Of a stretch of DNA of 64,000 bases, positions 10,608-19,677 are shown piece after piece. The stretch lies in contig CAVVUN010000003.1 of the NCBI GenBank assembly GCA_963751455.1, forward strand, positions 224,001 through 288,000, given 5' to 3'. Origin of the DNA: Nitrospirota bacterium. GTDB lineage: Bacteria > Nitrospirota > UBA9217. Each line of letters opens with the position of its first letter. The stretch's first letter is position 1. The notes under the pieces are model-generated. The model did not search any database. It was not told the origin of the DNA and saw nothing but the letters and a program-made list of their open reading frames with translations. Made by a program: the position numbers and the translations under genes.

Positions 10608-11118
10608 ATGAGCAAATTCACGAAAGTTCTGGTGGTTTCGCCGTACCAGGACGGCAAGACCTGGTACCTCCGGAGAGCGTTCGGGTATGACCGCGGCGCG
10701 GAAAGCAGCCGGCAGTACGATCATGGTCCCGGTCGGCTTCACGACCGACTTCGCGAGCATTCCGCGGATCTTTTGGATCGTCCTGCCGAAATGGGGAAAG
10801 TACGGCAACGCCGCCGTCATTCATGATTACCTCTACTACGATCAGAAACTGACAAGGAAGGAAGCCGACGATGTGCTGCTCGAAGCCATGGGCGTCCTCG
10901 AAGTGCCGCAATGGCAGCGCTGCTCCATTTACCGCGCTGTCCGATGGTTCGGATCCCTTGCATGGTCGCTCAACAATAGGAAGAAGGCGGCCGGCTACTC
11001 AAAAGTCTCGGAGACCGCGCCTGTCAAAGCAACGGACAAACCGTCGCATTGGAAGATAGAAAAAAAAGAGTGGGTACGGATTGTATTCGGGAGAAGGAAA
11101 GCGCAGCATCATGCTTGA
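10608..11118 (+). CDS. DUF1353 protein, frameshift ~10709
   Basis: VPVGFTTDFASIPR, AAVIHDYLY, RKEAD, YRAVRWFG; N-terminus lies in ORF 10608, one extra C away. Confidence 0.8.
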
Positions 11119-12172
11119 AAGACGCCCCTATAAACCATACAACCTTTTCCAAAAGCTATTTACCCTTTTAGCAGCGCTTTTTTTGCTTATAACGGGATCT
11201 GCTTTTGAAACCGCGCCTGCCGCGAAGCAGGAAGCAGGGAAAAGGAGAATGGTTCGGCAGGAGAATTTTCTTCTTCGCGCCTACGAAGAGCTCGACAAGT
11301 CCCTGGAATATCAAAAGGCCGTCATCGTAAGACTGGAAAAACGGAATCTGGCCGGAGCAGGAGCAGATTTAAAGCAGTATCTGGACTGGCAGCGAACCTG
11401 TGCTGCCTGGCTCAGGGAGCGGCTCTCGGAATCCGGATCCGATCTCGAGAACTTCTATTCTCACAAAATGATCAGACCGTTCCTTGCCGCCCGTCACTCT
11501 GCAATGGCTGAGGATTATACCCGGCTTAAGAGTGAACTCTCGCAGATGATGCTGCAGCTGGAAGAGGCAAAAGTACTGAATGCCGCTGAAATTCAGAAGC
11601 TGCTCAGAATTATCGAGTTCTACGAGTATCTGAACGAGCAGACCCTGAAAAAAAAGATTGCTGATGAAAAGCGGATTCCTGATCGAAAACCGCCCGATGG
11701 CTGGACATTTTTTTCCGGGGGCCTTAATGACGATAAGATCGAGCAGATGGGGCTCAAGATCAAAAAGCTCGACGAACTGCAGAAAGAACTGGACGACATG
11801 CTGGAGTTCGGAAACTACGAGTTACACTGGCTGGTGCTGAAGAGCGGGGACAGCGCCGCAATAAGCAGCGTTGCCGATGCCCTTGCGACAGACTCACTGG
11901 ATGAGATCGAGATCGCCTCGACCCGCATGATCAGCCGATATGAGTCCGATATCTCTTTTATCGATAAGAAACTCGGAGAAATGGACGGAAAGCGGCTAGG
12001 CCTGGCGCCGGGAACAGGGACGATGAGAACAATCGACCGCCGGGAAGAACTTTGGGACTATTACTGGACCATGAAGGACAGATTCGAGCATCACAAACAG
12101 TGGCTGAAAGAACAGGTCGGCGGTTACCGGGCGGACATAGTGCTGCTTTCTAAAGAGAAGAGTGAAAAGTAA
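11111..12172 (+). CDS. Hypothetical membrane-anchored coiled-coil protein
   Basis: N-terminal hydrophobic segment; helical charged sequence. Confidence 0.6.
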   Translation: MLERRPYKPYNLFQKLFTLLAALFLLITGSAFETAPAAKQEAGKRRMVRQENFLLRAYEELDKSLEYQKAVIVRLEKRNLAGAGADLKQYLDWQRTCAAWLRERLSESGSDLENFYSHKMIRPFLAARHSAMAEDYTRLKSELSQMMLQLEEAKVLNAAEIQKLLRIIEFYEYLNEQTLKKKIADEKRIPDRKPPDGWTFFSGGLNDDKIEQMGLKIKKLDELQKELDDMLEFGNYELHWLVLKSGDSAAISSVADALATDSLDEIEIASTRMISRYESDISFIDKKLGEMDGKRLGLAPGTGTMRTIDRREELWDYYWTMKDRFEHHKQWLKEQVGGYRADIVLLSKEKSEK

Positions 12173-12221
12173 AATCTTCATTTCGGACTCTGTCCTAAAG
12201 CACAACAAACAGAGAAACCTT

Positions 12222-12755
12222 AACTTCATGCCATGGAGTTCAAGGTTTTTTTTATTTTTCTGCAGCTGTATTTGACCTGCCCAAACCCCGGGCAGCTCGA
12301 GTACGACAAACATCAAACCGGGCATGCAAAGCACAAAAACCAGGGATCGTGGACTTCATGCAATGAAGTTCGGGATACTTTTCTTTTTTCTGCACCGCCG
12401 TTCACATTGCCGCGCAGACATGCCAGACTACTCGCAGTTTTATCCGTCAGTACAGCTTTCCATAGCGCTGAGCTTCGTTGCACTGCGCACGCGCATGCAC
12501 GATTTGTGGCCTGCGACTCTGCTACCGGTATGTAAAGCGCGGCCGGTGCTCACGCCCTACTCTCGCGCTGCAGACTCGAAGTCGTTGGGTGCAGGCGGGA
12601 TGCAGGGGATTCTGGAAAGGCAAATTTAAACACAACAAATTTGCACTTTGCAATTTACAATTTGCATTTTTCAATGTTCTTTCGTATCTGTGGGATGCAG
12701 GGGTGTTGGGAAAAACAAACTAAAACATAACAAATTTGCACTTTGCAATTTACAA
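12222..12755 (+). repeat. Modular non-coding repeat cluster (family A)
   Basis: 12350-12620 is the reverse complement of 21875-22135; extra partial modules at 12222-12300 and 12692-12755. Confidence 0.85.
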
Positions 12756-12861
12756 TTCCAATGTTTTTGTGATTTTATCAAACTCTGTCTTGCGTAAAAC
12801 CAGGTTTTGGTTTAATTTATAAAGCAATTCAAATTGAAAGGCAGCTCCGAAACAACAAGAC

Positions 12862-13575
12862 ATGAAAAGAATAATCTTCGCAATCACACTGGTGCTGGTC
12901 GTAAGCGTGTTACAGGGTTGTTTGCTGACCCGGCTCCACGAGACACAGAAGCAGGTATGCACAAGAAAAACAAGGCTGGAGATGACCCGTGACGGAATGG
13001 CGATTGTGTTTCATCAGCCGCTTTTGACACGCGAGGACATTATCGCAATCCTGGGAGCAAAGCCCGATGCAGTCCCGGAAACAACTGAACTGCTTTACAC
13101 CGCCCGGAATAAAAATGACGAGGCATACAGCTTTCCCGTCACATTTCAGTTCAGCAGCTCCGCCAAACAAGTTAAATTAACGAAGATGAGTATTGGAAAA
13201 AGATTCCAGGATCTTCTGTCCGAAGAATTGCTGCGTAAAATATTCGATGCGGGCTGCAGCGCAAAAAGAAACGGCCTGGGCATCGAGGTTGATCTATCCG
13301 GAGTGCCGAAGGAAAAATTGCCGAACGTGGAGGTTATAAAGACGTTACTGGGTCAGCCTGCCGCTGCCGCGGGGACCACTGCCACGTATAATTATGAACT
13401 GAATCGCACTGACATGGCGGAAATCATTATCTCTTATGATAATGAGCTGAACAGAATGACCGGCGCCGCTGTTTCGTTTCAGAGATATAGTCTTGTTTTC
13501 GATTTTACTAAAGATGTTGCCACAGGCAGGTTGAAGAGCTTTTCAGATGCAGTCAGATTGGGCTTCAAGCCATAG
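12862..13575 (+). CDS. Hypothetical lipoprotein
   Basis: Lipobox LQGC. Confidence 0.7.
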   Translation: MKRIIFAITLVLVVSVLQGCLLTRLHETQKQVCTRKTRLEMTRDGMAIVFHQPLLTREDIIAILGAKPDAVPETTELLYTARNKNDEAYSFPVTFQFSSSAKQVKLTKMSIGKRFQDLLSEELLRKIFDAGCSAKRNGLGIEVDLSGVPKEKLPNVEVIKTLLGQPAAAAGTTATYNYELNRTDMAEIIISYDNELNRMTGAAVSFQRYSLVFDFTKDVATGRLKSFSDAVRLGFKP

Positions 13576-13610
13576 GTCTTAGCCGATTTCCGTCTCCGCG
13601 TCCGACTCAC

Positions 13611-14174
13611 CTACGCTGCCGCTGCCCGCTCCTTCAGGCTGAGATACTGCTCGAGGTCCTTGACAAGTTCCGTGTACCTGTCCTGCGTGAAGTTTCTGTC
13701 GAACTCCCGCAATTGTTCTAGCATCGATGCCTGTTCCTTGTCGCTCAGATACCTCAGGGAGTGAATGAAAAAAAGTTTGTCTTCTTTTTCGATATGGGCA
13801 GGATACAATATCAGCAGCATTTCTATATAGTTTGTAATGTCATTGAGGGTAACGTACGCCTGCTCCCGGTACCTGACTACCTTTTCCAGCATTTGGACGA
13901 TATTTCTCGCGCGGTTGTGTTCGTCCATCAATTCCCCCATTACGATTCGGTCTTCCTGGGAAAGGGGTTTTTTATCAAGCTCCCTGAAAAGGATATTCTC
14001 CTCTTTGCCATGGTGAAATTCATCGATGTAGGTATTAAAGAAATCCACACCGATCCTGACCGCGCCATAATCAACATGTCCGGTTTTGATCATTCGCTGA
14101 CGCTCCCCTGCAATCACTTTCAGCATCCGCTCGATGGTCCTGTGCTCGATCATAAGGGGTCCTGTGAGTTTCAT
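13611..14174 (-). CDS. Hemerythrin HHE cation-binding protein
   Basis: LMIEH, HHGKEE..LF, LMDEH, HIEKED..F. Confidence 0.9.
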   Translation of the reverse strand: MKLTGPLMIEHRTIERMLKVIAGERQRMIKTGHVDYGAVRIGVDFFNTYIDEFHHGKEENILFRELDKKPLSQEDRIVMGELMDEHNRARNIVQMLEKVVRYREQAYVTLNDITNYIEMLLILYPAHIEKEDKLFFIHSLRYLSDKEQASMLEQLREFDRNFTQDRYTELVKDLEQYLSLKERAAAA

Positions 14175-14489
14175 AGCCGCTCCTTGCTTTTTTTAATTCC
14201 ATTTCGCAAAGATGCACACAAGCATGTTTCTTATAAGAATCGTATCATACTGTGAATCTTCATGCAGCATAATCCGCATCCAGCTCGCAACAGTATCCGT
14301 TTCTCATAGAATAGTCTTAGGAGAGTAACCAAAATCATTGCATTGAAGCAAATATTAGACTAAATTTGTCTTAGAGTTCGAATTTGTGCAAGTAGCCTTG
14401 TTTAGTTTGCGTTCGTTATTTGGGTTTGCTTCCTAAAACTTCTGCAGCCCGCAGATCGGATGAACATGCAAATTAAAAATTGTAAACTG

Positions 14490-14780
14490 AAAATTTGTTA
14501 TATTTATATTTGCCTTTCCAGAACCCCCTGCATCCCGTGAACAGGGATATGCTTTGTCATGCGCTGAAAAACATTGTGATATCGATCAGCCAAACAGCAC
14601 AGCGAAGCAGGGCCTAGCGTGAGTGCTGCGAGAGGGCGTAACGATTAGTAGATGGTGAAGGCAATCTGGCATGCTTGCATGGACCTGTGAACGGCGGTGC
14701 AGAAAAAAGAAAAGAATCTTGCCTGCGGCCAGTGCTTATGAGTGCATAGCGCGAATACAGGCTGCACTTCATGGCATGAT
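14490..14780 (-). repeat. Family A repeat, diverged copy
   Basis: Shares TGCCTTTCCAGAACCCCCTGCATCCC, TGTGAACGGCGGTGCAGAAAAAAGAAAAG and CACTTCATGGCATGA modules. Confidence 0.75.
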
Positions 14781-14822
14781 GTTTTTGGAGACGATACATA
14801 ATCTGTTTCCTGGATTTAATCA

Positions 14823-16130
14823 ATGATCAACATGACCCCCGCGAACATGTCCAAAAACGAAAGACATCCCCCCGGACTCTACGTCCTCTTTTTTACCGAA
14901 ATGTGGGAGCGCTTTTCCTACTACGGGATGCGGTCTCTTCTGGTCTACTACATGATCAAGCATCTGCAGTTCACGCAGGAACGCTCGTCCGAGATATACG
15001 GGCTCTACACCGGGTTCGTCTACTTCACCCCGCTGTTCGGCGGCATGCTCGCGGACCGGCTCCTCGGCCAGCGCAGGACCGTGGTCCTGGGAGCAGTACT
15101 CATGGCCATCGGGCATTTCCTGATGGCCGTTGAAAGCCTGTTCTTCCCGGCCCTGCTTTTCCTGATTCTCGGAAACGGGGCCTTTAAGCCGAATATCTCG
15201 ACCCAGGTCGGGGCGCTGTATGCCGCCGGCGACCATCGCCGTGACCGTGCTTTCAGCCTTTTCTACATGGGAATAAACCTGGGCGCGTTCTTTTCACCGC
15301 TCGTGTGCGGGACCCTCGGCGAGAAAATCGGGTACCACTGGGGCTTTGGCGCTGCCGGTGTCGGCATGCTGATCGGGCTTCTTGTGTATCTCCGGGGACA
15401 GAAGCACCTTGCGCCGGACCTCGTCATGCAGAAAAAGCAATCCGGCAGGACGAAGGCAGCAGAGCGGATGACCCGGGAGGACTGGCTCAAGATCGGGGCG
15501 ATCTTCGTCATGATGGCGCTCTGCATTGTTTTTTGGAGCGTGTACGAGCAGCAGGGCAATACCATGGCGCTCTGGGCCGATGCAAACACGGACCGCATGA
15601 TCTTCGGCTGGGAGATGCCTGCCTCGTGGTTTCAATCCTTCAACCCGCTCATGATCTTCATTTTCGTTCCTGTGCTGAACATGGTATGGTCCCGGCAGGA
15701 CCACCGCGGAAAAGAACCTTCGAGCATCGCCAAGATGGGGATCGGCTGCATTCTGCTTAGCGGGGGCTTTCTGATCCTGATTCCGCCGGCCATGGAACTG
15801 GCGCACAACCCCAGGGCCAGCCTCTGGTGGCTCACCGCCTGCACGTTCATGCTCACGATCGGCGAGATATATCTTTCTCCCATCGGCCTTTCGCTCGTGA
15901 CCAAAATCGCTCCTGCCAGGATCGTCTCCATGATGATGGGCGTGTGGTTTCTCTCCAGTTTTTTCGGCAACTACCTGTCCGGGTATCTGGGGACGTTCTG
16001 GGAAAAAATGCCGAGGGAGAATTTCTTTCTTCTGATGTTCAGCCTGTCCTTCGCTGCCGGCCTCGCGTTCTTTGCCCTGCTGAAGCCGCTGAAGAACGCA
16101 ATTGGAAAGGCCGACGTTGGACTGCGTTGA
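14823..16130 (+). CDS. POT/PTR proton-dependent oligopeptide transporter (DtpT-like)
   Basis: FFTEMWERFSYYGMR, FKPNIST, FYMGINLGA, FQSFNP, GEIYLSPIG. Confidence 0.95.
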   Translation: MINMTPANMSKNERHPPGLYVLFFTEMWERFSYYGMRSLLVYYMIKHLQFTQERSSEIYGLYTGFVYFTPLFGGMLADRLLGQRRTVVLGAVLMAIGHFLMAVESLFFPALLFLILGNGAFKPNISTQVGALYAAGDHRRDRAFSLFYMGINLGAFFSPLVCGTLGEKIGYHWGFGAAGVGMLIGLLVYLRGQKHLAPDLVMQKKQSGRTKAAERMTREDWLKIGAIFVMMALCIVFWSVYEQQGNTMALWADANTDRMIFGWEMPASWFQSFNPLMIFIFVPVLNMVWSRQDHRGKEPSSIAKMGIGCILLSGGFLILIPPAMELAHNPRASLWWLTACTFMLTIGEIYLSPIGLSLVTKIAPARIVSMMMGVWFLSSFFGNYLSGYLGTFWEKMPRENFFLLMFSLSFAAGLAFFALLKPLKNAIGKADVGLR

Positions 16131-16237
16131 AATAGCGCATGCTATTATTACGCTATGTGTTATAATGTGAAAAAATAGATTATCATGGCTTCAACCGTCG
16201 CTTCTTAGTCGGATCCATAAAAAACCCAGGAGGCCTC

Positions 16238-16678
16238 ATGAAAAAAACAAGCGTTACCATCGCAATGCTCTTCATTCTCTGCAGCACCGTATCAGCAGCA
16301 GAACATTTCGGCATCCCGGTCTATCCCGGTGCGCAAACCGACGCCGCAGCTAAGGGCTATTGCGCTTTATTCGGACCGGAATCGATACGCCAGACCCGGG
16401 AAATGTTCAAAGGAGCAGTCGACGGCGGCACGTTCTGCTATCATACGGGTGACGACTTCAACAAGGTTGTTGATTATTACCGGAAACAAAAAGACGTGGA
16501 GCCCCTCGGCGCCCCGAGCGTGCGCGGATCCAACAAAGCCATGATATTCTGTAAAACGGGCATGCAGTGCGCCAGCCTGGGCGACGGAGTGGATATATCG
16601 ATCTCAACGCCGTGGTCTGTGGGTGCGACTGTTTACAAGGATGTTCTGATCACGTTCAGGAAGGCCTCGCCAAAATAA
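16238..16678 (+). CDS. Secreted hypothetical protein
   Basis: SD AGGAGG, signal peptide, GIPVYPGA. Confidence 0.7.
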   Translation: MKKTSVTIAMLFILCSTVSAAEHFGIPVYPGAQTDAAAKGYCALFGPESIRQTREMFKGAVDGGTFCYHTGDDFNKVVDYYRKQKDVEPLGAPSVRGSNKAMIFCKTGMQCASLGDGVDISISTPWSVGATVYKDVLITFRKASPK

Positions 16679-16733
16679 CTTGAAGGTACGGACAAAGGCC
16701 GACTCGGTGCCGGAGCAGCTACCGGGCGACGTG

Positions 16734-16780
16734 CCCCTCACCTTTATCATCTCCCAGAGGGGAGAGGGTAGGGTGAGGGG
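16734..16780. repeat. REP-like CCCTCACC...GGTGAGGG palindrome
   Basis: CCCCTCACC / CTCCC..GGGAG / GGTGAGGGG nested inverted repeats. Confidence 0.6.
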
Positions 16781-16818
16781 GACTGACTTTGAATCTATGA
16801 GAAAACCGGAGGGAATAA

Positions 16819-17034
16819 ATGGCAGATAAAGCAGCAGCAATTCCATGTCCTGAATGCAGCGGTAAAGGCTCCATAACGTGTACCGTCTGCAAGGGGCAGG
16901 GAAAACAATACAGTTCCAATGCCTCTCAACGTCCTTGTCCGAATTGTCACGGCACGGGAAAAAACGTCTGTCCCGGCTGCCGGGGCGCGAGGAAGATATA
17001 CGCCGACGAGAAGCGATCGAACGCGACAGGGTGA
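16819..17034 (+). CDS. Stand-alone DnaJ-type zinc finger protein
   Basis: CPECSGKG, CTVCKGQG, CPNCHGTG, CPGCRGA; SD GGAGG. Confidence 0.8.
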   Translation: MADKAAAIPCPECSGKGSITCTVCKGQGKQYSSNASQRPCPNCHGTGKNVCPGCRGARKIYADEKRSNATG

Positions 17035-17225
17035 CGTAGGGCCGACGAGAGGCGACCGGACCCGACCGTGACGGGGAGTGGAAGGCGGCGATTCCCTCGT
17101 CGCTTTTCAGCCTCCGTGTCACCGCGTCGTTTTTTCTCTGACACTCTGCCACTCTTACACTGATTTTGAATTATCTGAACGCTGACAGCTTCTTCTCACA
17201 CACTTGCAACTTTAAGGAGGCTCTA

Positions 17226-17753
17226 ATGGGAAGCCTGGTCAAGGGAGATCTTGTGCGACATGAACGGTACGGTATCGGCCGTATCGAGGAAACAGCCGGT
17301 GCAGGGGCCGCCATTGAGTGTACGATCTATTTCCCGCGGCTCGATAAAAATGCAGTAACGCCGGAAGAAGAGCTTCAGGTTCTGTCCGAGGCCGAGACGA
17401 CTGCTTACGAGATGATGAAGCTCGCCGTGTACGAAATCAGGAACGAAGAGCTTCCCGGGATGGAGTTAGGGGCGCGCTGGAAGGGCGGCGAAATGGTTCT
17501 CAAGCCCGGAGATCCGAACCTGGCAACCAAGATGATTCCGATTGAAACGTTCTTCCATAAAATCGTGATGGTTCGTGATCGCCTGCGTGTCATGGAGGCC
17601 CAGATTAATGCGCATAAGGTCCTGACCGATAGTGAAAAGGTTGACTTGCAGCAATACATCACCCGCATCTACGGCTCTCTCACGTCGTTCAATGTCCTGT
17701 TCAGGGATAAGGAGAATTATTTCGTCGGGCAGAAAGACACAAGTAAAAATTAA
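17226..17753 (+). CDS. Conserved hypothetical protein
   Basis: SD AAGGAGG; SH3-like GDLVRH..YG.G start; FFHKIVMVRDRLRV, QQYITRIYGSLT.FN.LF. Confidence 0.75.
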   Translation: MGSLVKGDLVRHERYGIGRIEETAGAGAAIECTIYFPRLDKNAVTPEEELQVLSEAETTAYEMMKLAVYEIRNEELPGMELGARWKGGEMVLKPGDPNLATKMIPIETFFHKIVMVRDRLRVMEAQINAHKVLTDSEKVDLQQYITRIYGSLTSFNVLFRDKENYFVGQKDTSKN

Positions 17754-18090
17754 GAAATGCAGAATTAGGAAGTAAAAAACACCCCTTTTCATAATTCTTA
17801 CTTTTAACTTTTTACTTGATGTGGACATAATTCTTAATTTTAACTTCTTAATTTAGCTGCCGCTCTGACACTGATTTTGATTCTGACCGCTGAACGCTGA
17901 TAGCTATTTCTCTGACCCTCTGACACTTTGACACTCTGATACTGTTCCTGGTTCGCCCCCCCGTCGCCCCCCGTCGCTTCTCTGTCGTTTCCCTGTCAGC
18001 TCTACGTCAGCTCTAGCACTGCCTCCTGCCTCCAATCTGAACTTTAAGACTTATCTTGACCGGAACTACGAAAAGAGTTAGTATTTTAGT

Positions 18091-18513
18091 ATGAAGAAAC
18101 AAGTGGAGTATCTGCAGAAGTTGTTTTACGATATTTGGAGCGATTTCGGATGCGTTTACCTCGTCGTGAAGCATTCAGGCAAAACAAGGATCGGCAAACG
18201 AGGCTTTACTGAAGAAGAAAAGAAAAAGGGCATGATCCTCGTCTTTAACAACAAAACCAATAACACGTTAGACTGGGACACTGACGGAAACCTCACCTGC
18301 GTCCTCGCCTTTGGCGCGCGCAAGGAAGACATCTACGTTGATCACGATGATCTTGTCGGTGTGTTTTCGCAGGAAGCAGGGGTGCACTTTCTCAGGAGCG
18401 ATGAGAGCCAGGAACCTGCAGTATCGCCCCAAACGGATGCAGAGCATATTGATTCCAAGCAGGTTGTTTCTATGAGCAATTTCAAGAAGCGGAAGTCAAG
18501 CGAGAAACAGTGA
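18091..18513 (+). CDS. SspB-like ClpXP adaptor
   Basis: Beta-rich core (ILVF..L.W...L.C.LAFG...I.V....VF) plus acidic linker and C-terminal VVSMSNFKKR resembling the ClpX-binding motif. Confidence 0.5.
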   Translation: MKKQVEYLQKLFYDIWSDFGCVYLVVKHSGKTRIGKRGFTEEEKKKGMILVFNNKTNNTLDWDTDGNLTCVLAFGARKEDIYVDHDDLVGVFSQEAGVHFLRSDESQEPAVSPQTDAEHIDSKQVVSMSNFKKRKSSEKQ

Positions 18514-18863
18514 CGTTTTGCTTGGTCGATTTTCTAAATCCTGCATCATGAATCATGCATAGTGTATCAATTCCCATTCCGCACTCTCATTTCAAGGCTT
18601 CCTCCGCGCGAGATAAGTCTTAAATCATGCATCGTGCATCACTCCGTAATCCGCTCTAAATAGCTTTATCAAACCCTTTTAATTTGTTACATTCTATGCT
18701 ATTCTTGACCGAGATTGCGGTACAGTTATCGTCCGCTCTCTAACAGAGCCGGAAATCCCTCACGCTTGCCCACCAGCGCTTTCCTTGATTCTGAATTTGT
18801 TTATCTGATCGCTTTTTCTCTGACACTCTGACACTAATTTGACTGCGCTGACTGAATTCTGCT

Positions 18864-19004
18864 ATGGAAAAAGACAACCAAACCCCATCTGAACAGCAGG
18901 ACCATGAAAAGAGCCATGGCCTCCTGAACATCCTGAAGCTGTTATTTCTCGTCGCAGTCCTGGTAGGCGCTTGGTTTCTGCTTGATTGGCTCATAAACGG
19001 CTGA
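18864..19004 (+). CDS. Small single-TM protein (46 aa, absent from ORF track)
   Basis: MEKDNQTPSEQQDHEKSHGLLNILKLLFLVAVLVGAWFLLDWLING*. Confidence 0.55.
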   Translation: MEKDNQTPSEQQDHEKSHGLLNILKLLFLVAVLVGAWFLLDWLING

Positions 19005-19283
19005 TTCGGCAGCAACGTATAGACCAAAATGAAGAAGGAAGAAAACGATTTTCGCAAGCGGACGAAACTGAGGGTACCACGGAGAGCACATCAATTTCCC
19101 ACGAGATGGATCAGTGAAATCAAATGGATTTAATATTCAGGATTCCCTCTGCGATCTCTCTGGTTTATATTTATAGTCTGCGTTCCTCCGGAAAAAGATT
19201 AAAGAAATAAATAGGGACTTAAATAAAGGACATCCTCTGCGATCTCCGTGTTTAATTTTTTCTTAACGAAAGGACCGTTGACA

Positions 19284-19544
19284 ATGAGCGAAAACAAGGA
19301 AAACACCGTCACCAAGCGAGGGCCCTGGACCTGTGTCGAGAAAGTGAAGTCGGGAAATAAACATTTCTATGTTAATGTCATCTGCCACGCTGAACCGCCC
19401 AAAAACGCGGTCGAACTGGCAGGCGGAGTCTGCGCCTGGCCGCGCTGCAACGATAAGCCGGTTTGCTTCCGGCAGATCCGGTTCAAAGACGGGCACCGGG
19501 GCTATGAGTTTAGTTGTGCAAAGCACGGAAATATAACCAAGTAA
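19284..19544 (+). CDS. Small Cys-rich hypothetical protein
   Basis: SD AAGGA; six Cys incl. CAWPRC and CAKHG. Confidence 0.6.
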   Translation: MSENKENTVTKRGPWTCVEKVKSGNKHFYVNVICHAEPPKNAVELAGGVCAWPRCNDKPVCFRQIRFKDGHRGYEFSCAKHGNITK

Positions 19545-19677
19545 GAACGATGAAGTAAGAAATATTTCACTTCTTAATTTCTAACGTTTCTAATTTCTGC
19601 ATGGGTATATATATTTCATACTCGAAGTTTTTTTATATTTTTTAATTCTTACTTGCTCGTTACTTGAGGTATCAACA

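Noticed and set aside
12233-12723. Short ORFs sharing peptide similarity with ORFs at 14614 and 21690-21988
   Set aside because: They are translations of repeat family A in inconsistent frames without SD; treated as non-coding
14281-14328. Tiny minus-strand ORF MRNGYCCELDADYAA upstream of hemerythrin
   Set aside because: No SD or other support
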